A stretch of 32,000 bases of DNA from Pseudothioglobus sp. nBUS_23 (GTDB lineage: Bacteria; Pseudomonadota; Gammaproteobacteria; PS1; Pseudothioglobaceae), in contig NZ_CP179200.1 in assembly GCF_051201565.1 (NCBI RefSeq), positions 360,001-392,000 on the forward strand, in the 5' to 3' direction. A program made the position numbers and the translations under genes. Below are positions 10,435 to 18,829 of this stretch, one piece after another; within the stretch, counting starts at the first letter, position 1; every line of letters starts with the position of its first letter. Under the pieces are notes generated by a model. That model saw only the letters and a list, made by a program, of their open reading frames with translations, was not told the origin of the DNA and ran no database searches.

Positions 10435-11234
10435 CTATTAATCCAAATCAAATGGAATGCAAGATATGTGGAAATGAAAGTTCTTTAATTTTTGAGGCTG
10501 AGATTCTTAATCAATATCAAATTCAATATTTTCATTGTAAAAATTGTTATTTTTTGCAAACTGAAAAGCCTTATTGGCTAAAAGAAGCATACAGTGAATC
10601 AATAAATATTTCAGATACTGGAATTATGGTTAGAAACCGAAATATGTCTCAAATCACTACTTTAATTATATTTTTTTTATTTAATCGTCAAAGGAGTTTT
10701 TTAGATTTTGCGGGAGGTTACGGAATTTTAACTAGAGTGATGAGAGATATTGGTTTTGACTTTTACTGGACTGATAAATATAGTAGTAATTTATTGTCAA
10801 GAGGTTTTGAATTAAGCTCAAATAAGAAATATGAAATGGCAACAGCCTTTGAAGCATTTGAGCACTTTGAATATCCATTAGTTGAATTAGAGAATATTCT
10901 AAAGGTAACTGATAGTTTGTTGTTTTCAACAGACCTATCATCAAATGAAATTCAAGCGCCAGATAAATGGTGGTACTATGGACTTGAACATGGTCAGCAT
11001 ATTTCTTTCTATAATATAAAGACTCTAGAATTTTTAGCTCAGAAGTATAAGTTGAATCTGTACTCAAATAAAAGTTCGATTCACCTGTTAACAAGAAAAA
11101 AAATTAGTAAGTTACTTTTTTGGTTTATTTTAAAAATGAATCGATTAGGTCTATATTATTTAATCTCTTCTTTTCTTTCTTCAAAAACTGGGGATGATAT
11201 GAATCAGATTATAAAAAAGCTTAAATCCAAGTGA
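10431..11234 (+). CDS. SAM-dependent methyltransferase with an N-terminal 4-Cys zinc ribbon
   Basis: CKIC (10458-10469) and CKNC (10536-10547) form a CxxC...CxxC pair. A motif-I-like LDFAGGYGILT follows, then AFEAFEHF. Confidence 0.55.
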   Translation: MTINPNQMECKICGNESSLIFEAEILNQYQIQYFHCKNCYFLQTEKPYWLKEAYSESINISDTGIMVRNRNMSQITTLIIFFLFNRQRSFLDFAGGYGILTRVMRDIGFDFYWTDKYSSNLLSRGFELSSNKKYEMATAFEAFEHFEYPLVELENILKVTDSLLFSTDLSSNEIQAPDKWWYYGLEHGQHISFYNIKTLEFLAQKYKLNLYSNKSSIHLLTRKKISKLLFWFILKMNRLGLYYLISSFLSSKTGDDMNQIIKKLKSK

Positions 11235-12316
11235 AAATTATTTATGATAGTTATATTTTTACTGAACAGAAATATGGAGGTATTTCTAGGTATTTCTCTG
11301 AACTACTAAAAAAATTTAATAACAATGATATTCAAGCATCAGCTCCGTTACTGTTCTCAAATAATCAATATATCAGTGATGGTCAGTTCGTTAAGCATTA
11401 TCAATTTTTACCAAATAAAACAATTAAGGGAAAACAGAGATTATTATTTTTAATCAATAGGATAGCCTTTCTATTCTTTTTAAAAGTTAAAGATTTTGAC
11501 ATAATTCATCCAACTTACTATGATGTATATTACTTAAAGCTAGTTGAAAATAAAAAACTTATATTGACAGTTTATGACATGATTCATGAAAAGTTTTATG
11601 ATGATGAGGTGTCTCGTAGGAAGCAGATTTTATGCGAAAGAGCTGATTTAATTATTGCTATTTCTCAAAATACAAAAAAGGATTTAATTGAAATTTTCAA
11701 TATTCAAGAATCTAAGATAAGAGTTGTGTATTTGGCTAGTTCACTTAATAAAAATAGTGTTATGAAATCATTGCCATCTTTGCCTCAAAAATATCTTTTA
11801 TTTGTTGGGCATAGGGGTTTGTATAAAAATTTTGAAAGATTTGTAGTTGCCATATCAAAAATACTTAATGAGAATGTTGATCTGTTTGTTATTTGTGCAG
11901 GTGGTAATAATTTTGAAGATTCTGAGATAAGCTTGTTTAAAAAATTCTCTTTAGAGGAGAGATTTATTCAGTTTAATATAGATGATGATACAATTTCTTC
12001 ATTATATAAAAACGCATTATTATTTGTGTTCCCCTCTTTATATGAAGGTTTTGGCATACCCCTATTGGAAGCATTTTCATGTGGTTGTCCAGTTGCATGC
12101 AGTGATGCCAGCTCTTTCCCTGAGATAGCCTTGGATGGGGCGGTTTATTTTGATCCTGAAAATGTTGATTCCATGTATCATTGCATTTCACAAATTCTAT
12201 TTGACCAGGCAGCAAAGCAAAAACTAGTTTCAAATGCATACAAAAGGCTTAATTCTTTCTCTTGGGAAATAACAGCTTCGGAGACAAAAAAAATCTACAA
12301 TGAGGTTCTCAGTTGA
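11231..12316 (+). CDS. GT4 (GT-B fold, group 1) glycosyltransferase
   Basis: C-terminal FPSLYEGFGIPLLEAFSCGCPVACSDASSFPEI (E-x7-E motif). GTG start in a GTGA overlap. Confidence 0.8.
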   Translation: MKIIYDSYIFTEQKYGGISRYFSELLKKFNNNDIQASAPLLFSNNQYISDGQFVKHYQFLPNKTIKGKQRLLFLINRIAFLFFLKVKDFDIIHPTYYDVYYLKLVENKKLILTVYDMIHEKFYDDEVSRRKQILCERADLIIAISQNTKKDLIEIFNIQESKIRVVYLASSLNKNSVMKSLPSLPQKYLLFVGHRGLYKNFERFVVAISKILNENVDLFVICAGGNNFEDSEISLFKKFSLEERFIQFNIDDDTISSLYKNALLFVFPSLYEGFGIPLLEAFSCGCPVACSDASSFPEIALDGAVYFDPENVDSMYHCISQILFDQAAKQKLVSNAYKRLNSFSWEITASETKKIYNEVLS

Positions 12317-13278
12317 AAGTTGCTATTATTGTTGGAATAACCAGCCAAGATGGAATTTACCTTGCAAAACTCCTAATTGATAAAGGATATTATGTTGTTG
12401 GAATAATTAGACCTAAAACTAAAATGTCTTTCAATAAACTAAATTCAATAGGAGTTAGCGCTGAAGACATTATGATAGAAAATTTAGATTTGATGAATAT
12501 TCAAAGCATTAAACGAATTTTACAAAAATACCAGCCAAATGAAATTTATAATTTGGCAGCACAAAGTTCAGTTGGTAATTCGTTTGAACACCCTATTGAT
12601 ACATTTTATTTTAATACTAGTTCAGCTCATAATTTGCTAGAGGCGATAAAACAATTTTCTCCAAATAGTAGGTTTTATCAGTCCTCAAGCAGTGAAATGT
12701 ATGGTGTTGTGGACAAATTACCAGTTAAACTCTCAACGCCAATGAGTCCAATAAGCCCTTATGCTATTTCTAAGGTGGCGTCTTATTTTATGGTGAAGAC
12801 TTATAGGGAGTCTTTTAATGTCTTTGCATCTAATGGAATTTTATTTAATCATGAGTCACCATTCAGAGCTGAAAATTTTTTTACTAGAAAGATAATCACT
12901 TCTGCTTTTGCAATAAAAGAGGGGAGGCTAGACTTTCTTGAAGTTGGAAACTTACAGATTAGAAGGGATTTTGGTTATGCTAAAAAGTATGTTGAGGCCA
13001 TGTGGAAATTGCTTCAACACAAGGAGCCCATGGATATCATTATTTGTTCTGGAGAATCAATTTTACTCAGAGATATAGTAGAATATGTTTTTGATAAACT
13101 TAGTCTTGATAAAAAACTTATTGTTGAGAAAAAAGAGTTATTTAGACCAAATGAAATTTATGATATTTATGGAGATAATGAAGAGGCTAAAAAGATCTTA
13201 AATTGGAATTACAATTTTTCTTTTTTTAAAGTTATTGATATCCTTATTGAACATGAGGCTACTAGAGCTAAAAAATAA
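12313..13278 (+). CDS. Divergent GDP-mannose 4,6-dehydratase paralog (GMD-family SDR; exact reaction uncertain)
   Basis: Appears collinear by eye with the gmd product at 1783: [70 protein letters not shown] start in a TTGA overlap. Confidence 0.75.
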   Translation: MKVAIIVGITSQDGIYLAKLLIDKGYYVVGIIRPKTKMSFNKLNSIGVSAEDIMIENLDLMNIQSIKRILQKYQPNEIYNLAAQSSVGNSFEHPIDTFYFNTSSAHNLLEAIKQFSPNSRFYQSSSSEMYGVVDKLPVKLSTPMSPISPYAISKVASYFMVKTYRESFNVFASNGILFNHESPFRAENFFTRKIITSAFAIKEGRLDFLEVGNLQIRRDFGYAKKYVEAMWKLLQHKEPMDIIICSGESILLRDIVEYVFDKLSLDKKLIVEKKELFRPNEIYDIYGDNEEAKKILNWNYNFSFFKVIDILIEHEATRAKK

Positions 13279-13360
13279 TAGTTAAATCATATTGCAATAG
13301 TAATTACTTTAGTTCAATCTAAGCTGTAAAATTTAGGTACTTTATTTTTCAAATTTTTAA

Positions 13361-14371
13361 ATGAAAAAAATAATCTACTTAATACCATTGGACTCAATAG
13401 GTGGTGGTGTAGAGGTTGCCGCGAAAGGCGTTAGAAACATAAATAATCCTCTCTATAGTTTCAATGTTGAATATATATTTAAAAATAAAGCTGATCTTTT
13501 CGATATCAGCATGATGTTAAAAGCTGTTCAGAGGGTTTATTCACTTAAGCCAGATGTTTTGATTCTCTCGCTCTGGAGAGCTCAGTTTGTTGGAATACTT
13601 TTTAAATTAATTTCTCCAAGAACAAAAATTATTTTTTTTGTTCATAGTGCAGAAGATGCCCATTTTTTAGATTATTTTCTCTCTAGACTTACTCTTTTAA
13701 TCTCATCTGAAGTATGGGCAGACTCAGCAACTTCCCTCAAAGAAAGATTTAATCATTCTTCATTAAAAATTAATAATGGTAGAGTTATTTCATTCAGTGC
13801 CAGAAAAATTAGTAAATTAAAAGTTAAGAAAGTAAAGCCTAGTTTTATTTTTTGGGGGAGAGTTGGAAAAGAAAAAGGAGTCGAAAGGGCAATAAAAATT
13901 TTTTCTAAAATCTTAAAGTTTTATCCGAATGCAACTTTTACAATTATTGGTTCAGATGGGGGTACCTTAAAACTAGTAAAGAGATTATGCAAGGAGTTAG
14001 AGATTCAAGATTCAGTTATTTTTTTTAATGAAATGAATTTTGATGAAATTGAAAAGAAAGCAGCTAACGCATGTTTTTATTTGCAAACAAGTTTATATGA
14101 AGGAGCTGCAATGTCAGTTATGGAGTCAATGAAGTTAGGTCTTGTGCCAATTGTTACTCCTGTAGGAGAAATATCAAAATATTGCGATTCTTCTAACTCT
14201 GTGCTAGTTTTTTCCGATCAAGAGGTAGCTCGTGATGTTATTATGATTCTAAAAAACAGCAGACTATATGATGTTTTAAGTACGAATGCTTCATTAAAGT
14301 TTAAAAGCCAATTAACTTATATCGATTCAATTAAAAATAGCTGTAATGATATGATAAAAAAATTATTTTGA
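13361..14371 (+). CDS. GT4 (group 1) glycosyltransferase
   Basis: FIFWGRVGKEKG ... LQTSLYEGAAMSVMESMKLGLVPIVTPVGEI (E-x7-E-type motif). Confidence 0.65.
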   Translation: MKKIIYLIPLDSIGGGVEVAAKGVRNINNPLYSFNVEYIFKNKADLFDISMMLKAVQRVYSLKPDVLILSLWRAQFVGILFKLISPRTKIIFFVHSAEDAHFLDYFLSRLTLLISSEVWADSATSLKERFNHSSLKINNGRVISFSARKISKLKVKKVKPSFIFWGRVGKEKGVERAIKIFSKILKFYPNATFTIIGSDGGTLKLVKRLCKELEIQDSVIFFNEMNFDEIEKKAANACFYLQTSLYEGAAMSVMESMKLGLVPIVTPVGEISKYCDSSNSVLVFSDQEVARDVIMILKNSRLYDVLSTNASLKFKSQLTYIDSIKNSCNDMIKKLF

Positions 14372-15939
14372 CTACAATGTTAGTTTCTTTAAATAATATA
14401 CTGAATAATAAAAGCTTAAGTTATATATGGTTTATTTTCTTTTTATATTCAGTCCTTATCTCATTTGTAGTTCAGTTAATTATCCTCCCCTATTTTGTTC
14501 CATTTCTTCACAGCGGTAATGGGCAGTTAGTTGGAGGAGATTGGGCTAATTATCAAGCTAGAGCTGTGTTTGAATTTAATAAAATAAATGAGCTTGGCTG
14601 GGAAGCATGGCAGTTAAGACCAAGTGGCTGGGGAATGACTGGTTTGATATCCGCCATTTATTCTTTGTTTGGATCAACTAAGCCCTACCTACTAATACCC
14701 TTATATTCCTTGCTCCATTCGATTGGAGCACTATGCATTGTGATGTTAATTGAAAAATTAGGAGTAAGTAGGTTTATAGCCTTTGTCTCAGCCTTACCAT
14801 ATTTACTCTTTCCAACTTCATTATTGTGGCTTACACAGATACTTAAAGATGTCTTTACACTTAATGGTTCGCTCCTGATTCTTTATGGCTTAGTTATGAT
14901 ATTTGGATTAAAACGTGTAAATCTCTCACGCAAATTTTTAATTCACAGCACACTCTCACTAATGTGTATTTTTATTGGAATAATTGTAACGTGGCTTGTG
15001 AGGCCATATATGGTAAGTATCTTTTCTATTTTCATAATTTTTGTTTTTGCTTTTTTAAATTTATTTTTAGTTATTGAAATAATTAATGACAAAAAATTTC
15101 AATTGAAGATTATTGCTTTATTGACAATACAGATAATTGTCTTTAGTTTGGTTTATTTCCTTCCAAACTCTGCAGTTTTGGGAGTTCCAGCTTTGGGTAG
15201 CCAAAGCTCATTTATAGACTCAACCGATAATAGCTTATCTGAGCAAAACATTGTTTTTTCAGATAAAAATAATCAAGATATTGATATAGTAAGTAAAGAA
15301 AATCAAGATATTGATATAGTAAGTAAAGAAAATCAAGATATTGTTATAGCCAGACAAAAAATTAATCCAAATGGGCTAAATTCAAATAGTTTAGGTGTGG
15401 AAATAGAGCAAAATAAAACTAAAGCTATAAAGTCTTATCCTAAGTGGGAAAAAACCAAATTTTTACCAACTCAAATTGATTACTATCTTTCAAAGCTTTA
15501 TTCAAATAGAGTTTATTTCAATAAAGTAAATGAGAATGCAAATACCTCAATATATGGTGAAAAACATTTGAATAGTTTAAGGAATATGATTTTGTTTATT
15601 CCTAAAGCTGCTCAAATATCTTTTTTTGCCCCATTCCCATCATCATGGTTTGCTGACCATCCTTCCAGTATGTCAAAAATCCTACATAAAATTTCTGGTT
15701 TTGAAATGGCATTAATTTACATTTCCCTTATTGGAACATTTTTTTCTATAGCCATTTGGAGACAAAAAATAGAATTGTGGATTATGATTTCTTTTTCATT
15801 ATATTTTGGTATAGTTTACAGTCTTGCCTTGCCAAATATTGGGACACTTATAAGATACAGATATTCAGCAATTATGATCCTAGTTGCTCTAGGATTAGCA
15901 GCAGCCTTTCATCTATTTTTAACTAAGAAGAGAAAATAA
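14368..15939 (+). CDS. Polytopic inner-membrane protein with a large hydrophilic loop. Candidate O-unit polymerase (Wzy-like) or GT-C-type transferase.
   Basis: 523 aa. There are many long hydrophobic segments on either side of a hydrophilic stretch of about 130 aa (roughly residues 275-410) that contains the 10-aa repeats. No Wzy is otherwise recognisable in the cluster. The start may be TTG at 14368 or ATG at 14377. Confidence 0.45.
   Translation: MTTMLVSLNNILNNKSLSYIWFIFFLYSVLISFVVQLIILPYFVPFLHSGNGQLVGGDWANYQARAVFEFNKINELGWEAWQLRPSGWGMTGLISAIYSLFGSTKPYLLIPLYSLLHSIGALCIVMLIEKLGVSRFIAFVSALPYLLFPTSLLWLTQILKDVFTLNGSLLILYGLVMIFGLKRVNLSRKFLIHSTLSLMCIFIGIIVTWLVRPYMVSIFSIFIIFVFAFLNLFLVIEIINDKKFQLKIIALLTIQIIVFSLVYFLPNSAVLGVPALGSQSSFIDSTDNSLSEQNIVFSDKNNQDIDIVSKENQDIDIVSKENQDIVIARQKINPNGLNSNSLGVEIEQNKTKAIKSYPKWEKTKFLPTQIDYYLSKLYSNRVYFNKVNENANTSIYGEKHLNSLRNMILFIPKAAQISFFAPFPSSWFADHPSSMSKILHKISGFEMALIYISLIGTFFSIAIWRQKIELWIMISFSLYFGIVYSLALPNIGTLIRYRYSAIMILVALGLAAAFHLFLTKKRK
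15271..15349 (+). repeat. In-frame 30-bp tandem repeat, 2.6 copies, inside the membrane-protein CDS
   Basis: 15271-15300 and 15301-15330 are identical (aatcaagatattgatatagtaagtaaagaa). 15331-15349 repeats the first 19 nt with one mismatch. It encodes NQDIDIVSKE NQDIDIVSKE NQDIVIA. Confidence 0.95.
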
Positions 15940-17049
15940 ATGCGTAAAACTTTTATTACTTTAGTAGTTGGAGCAAGGCCTAATTTTATGAAAATTGCTC
16001 CCATTATTAGAGCGCTTAATAAATATAAAAAACATTTTTCTTATAGATTGGTTCATACTGGCCAACATTTAGATAAAAAAATGAATAGTATTTTTTTTGA
16101 CGAATTAGGCATTCCAAGCCCTGATTCATATTTAAAGGGCAGGGGTGGCAGCTCATTAGAAGAAATTTCTAGAATGATAGTTGAGTTTGAAAGAGACTGC
16201 TTGGATAATTTACCACAAATGGTCTTAGTTGTTGGGGACGTAAATTCAACTTTAGCCTGTTCATTAGTAGCAAAAAAACTTAACTTGAAGTTAATTCATG
16301 TAGAGGCAGGTCTTCGAAGTGGAGATAAAGAAATGCCTGAAGAAATTAATCGGATTATAATAGACTCTGTAACAGATCTATTTTTTGTAACTGAGCCTTC
16401 AGCTTTTAATAATTTAATAAATGAGGGGCATAATTCTAATAAAATTCATTTTGTTGGAAATGTAATGATTGATAATTTGTTTTATCAAAAAGAAAAATTA
16501 AATAATTATTCTGGAAATCAAATTAAATCTGCTCAAATTAAAGAAAAGTATAAAGAATATGCTGTAGTTACACTTCATAGGCCTTCGAATGTAGATCATG
16601 AAAAAACATTTAAAGGAATCGTAATGGCACTAAACAAAATTGCCTTAAAGTTACCCTTGATATTTCCTGTGCATCCAAGAACAAGGGTAAATATAAAAAA
16701 ATATAATCTTAAATTTAATAACAATATTTTGCTCATAGAGCCACTTTCTTATATCAATTTCTTAAACCTTTGGAAAGATTCCAAATTAGTTTTAACTGAT
16801 AGTGGCGGGCTTCAAGAAGAAACATCTGCTCTTGGTGTAAATTGCATTACTATTCGTGAAAATACTGAAAGACCAATTACATTAGAACAAGGAACAAACA
16901 CTTTGTCTGGTGTAGATCCTAAAAGTATTATTAATATTTTTAATAAGACCTTTGTCAATAGAGAAATTAAAGCTAAAAAAATAAAATTTTGGGATGGTAT
17001 GGCTGCTGAAAGGATAGCAAAGAGCTTAATAGTGTTTAATGATGAATAG
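15940..17049 (+). CDS. wecB: Non-hydrolysing UDP-N-acetylhexosamine 2-epimerase (WecB family). It could serve as the WbpI/WlbD step.
   Basis: RPNFMKIAPII, VHTGQHLDKKM, EAGLRS, VTLHRPSNVD, LTDSGGLQEE. Confidence 0.85.
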   Translation: MRKTFITLVVGARPNFMKIAPIIRALNKYKKHFSYRLVHTGQHLDKKMNSIFFDELGIPSPDSYLKGRGGSSLEEISRMIVEFERDCLDNLPQMVLVVGDVNSTLACSLVAKKLNLKLIHVEAGLRSGDKEMPEEINRIIIDSVTDLFFVTEPSAFNNLINEGHNSNKIHFVGNVMIDNLFYQKEKLNNYSGNQIKSAQIKEKYKEYAVVTLHRPSNVDHEKTFKGIVMALNKIALKLPLIFPVHPRTRVNIKKYNLKFNNNILLIEPLSYINFLNLWKDSKLVLTDSGGLQEETSALGVNCITIRENTERPITLEQGTNTLSGVDPKSIINIFNKTFVNREIKAKKIKFWDGMAAERIAKSLIVFNDE

Positions 17050-18076
17050 TATACCAACAATTGAGTTATCTGGAACTAACTATGATTTTCTGAAACTTCT
17101 TGGAGTGCCTATTCTTGAAAGAAATGTTAAATTTTTATCTTTTTTTGGGTTTTATAAAGTAAATTTTAAATGTGAACCTAATAAGGTGTCGGTTCTAGAA
17201 GCTTTTATTAAAAAAAATTTTGTTCTAAAAAATGATAGTTTTTCTTTCTCAATTAATTCAAATGAGCAATCCGAAGTAAATATTTTTGCTAATCAAGTTT
17301 TTAATTACAATCAAATTACTATTGATCCACGAATTTCTATTCAAGAAAATATTAATAATTTAAACCTTGCATTAATTACTAATGATAAAGTATTTTTGGA
17401 AACATCTAAATTACTATTTAGCTTAATTGATAAAAAAAAAGCTGAGAAGATTTTTATTTTCACTAATCATTTAAATAGACCAGTTGGAAGGGCGCTTTCC
17501 CACCTGTTGTTGAGATTAGATATATCTCCAAACTTCATTTCATGTAGCGGACTTTTAATAGCAATAATTGCCTCATACTTTGTATCGATTGGTAATTATA
17601 GTTACTCAATTATAGGTGTTTTTTTATATCAACTCTCAGCATCATTAGATTGCGCAGATGGACCAGTAGCAAGATTAAAGTATCTTGAGTCTAGTTTTGG
17701 TGGCTGGCTAGATACTATTTTCGATAAGATCGTTAAGTTTATTTTGTATATTGCTATTGGGGCCGGCCTTTATAGTGCAACTAATGAACAAATTTATCTG
17801 TATTTATCGATTGCTTTATTATTTGGAAACTCAATGACACACATTTTAGATTTCACTCATAAAATGTATTTTAAATCTGAGCATAAAGAAGCTAAAAATA
17901 TTAATGGTATTGTTATTAAAAATGTATTCAATTCAGATTTAAATATTTTAGGTTTTGCATGTTTTGCAATTGCTTTAAATTTTCAAGCTTTTTATTTAAT
18001 TATCTTAACTATATATTTTAATTTTTTATGGGTAGTTAAAATATACAGAACATATCTTAATAAACTTTATAACTAA
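17039..18076 (+). CDS. CDP-alcohol phosphotransferase-family integral membrane enzyme with an uncharacterised soluble N-terminal extension of about 150 aa
   Basis: Exact match to the family signature D-x2-D-G-x2-A-R-x8-G-x3-D-x3-D: DCADGPVARLKYLESSFGGWLDTIFD (nt 17648-17725). Hydrophobic helices flank it. The start overlaps the wecB stop by 11 nt. Confidence 0.75.
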   Translation: MMNSIPTIELSGTNYDFLKLLGVPILERNVKFLSFFGFYKVNFKCEPNKVSVLEAFIKKNFVLKNDSFSFSINSNEQSEVNIFANQVFNYNQITIDPRISIQENINNLNLALITNDKVFLETSKLLFSLIDKKKAEKIFIFTNHLNRPVGRALSHLLLRLDISPNFISCSGLLIAIIASYFVSIGNYSYSIIGVFLYQLSASLDCADGPVARLKYLESSFGGWLDTIFDKIVKFILYIAIGAGLYSATNEQIYLYLSIALLFGNSMTHILDFTHKMYFKSEHKEAKNINGIVIKNVFNSDLNILGFACFAIALNFQAFYLIILTIYFNFLWVVKIYRTYLNKLYN

Positions 18077-18811
18077 ATGAAAGCAATCATCCTTGCCGCT
18101 GGTATCTCAGCTCGAATGGGAATCAAAACATATGGAGTTCCAAAGCCATTGTTAAAAATTAATGGCTTATCATTAATTGAACATAATGTTAGTAAATTAT
18201 CAAAATTTTCTGAAATAAGTGAAATTATTGTTGTTGTTGGTTATAAAAAAGAATTAATTATTAACACATTAGGACATGAATATGATGGCCTAAAGATTAC
18301 ATATATATTTAACAGTCAATATAGAGAAACTAATAGTAGTTTTTCAATGTGGCTTGCAAAAGACTATGTAATGGGGGGCTTTATAGTAATGAATGGAGAT
18401 ACGCTAATTGATGAGCGATATTTGAATGAAATTATAAATGAAGACTCAGATTCCAGTGTGCTGATTGATCTTTTTTTTACAAAATTTACTTTTGAAGATC
18501 TAAAAGTTTCAATTGATGGTGACTTTAAAGTAAACGACATAGGTAAAGATATACTTTTAACCGACAAAACTTATGGTTCGCCAGCAATATATAAATTTCA
18601 AAATGAGTCTGTAAAATTGTTATTCGAGCTCATTGACGAAAATTTTATAAAGAAAAACTCATTAAAATCTCTTCTTTCTAAAGCCGTTCAAATCTTCTCT
18701 TCAAAATATAAAGTTATTGCAATAAGTATTGATGAAAGTATTTTTTGGATTGATATTGATACACCTAGTGATTATCAAGATGCTATAAACTATTATGAAA
18801 ACAATATATAA
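18077..18811 (+). CDS. LicC-like sugar-phosphate or alcohol-phosphate nucleotidylyl(cytidylyl)transferase
   Basis: MKAIILAAGISARMG...PKPLLKINGLSLIEH at the N-terminus and VMNGDTLID. Size of 244 aa is typical. The start immediately follows the upstream stop codon. Confidence 0.75.
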   Translation: MKAIILAAGISARMGIKTYGVPKPLLKINGLSLIEHNVSKLSKFSEISEIIVVVGYKKELIINTLGHEYDGLKITYIFNSQYRETNSSFSMWLAKDYVMGGFIVMNGDTLIDERYLNEIINEDSDSSVLIDLFFTKFTFEDLKVSIDGDFKVNDIGKDILLTDKTYGSPAIYKFQNESVKLLFELIDENFIKKNSLKSLLSKAVQIFSSKYKVIAISIDESIFWIDIDTPSDYQDAINYYENNI

Positions 18812-18829
18812 AATTCCAAGTTATTAATT

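Noticed and set aside
12313-13278. The second GMD-like gene as a pseudogene (TTG start, GxxSxxG loop)
   Set aside because: The reading frame is full-length and uninterrupted, the catalytic Ser/Glu/Tyr/Lys positions are retained, and the gene is overlap-coupled to the upstream gene. It is more likely a functional divergent paralog.
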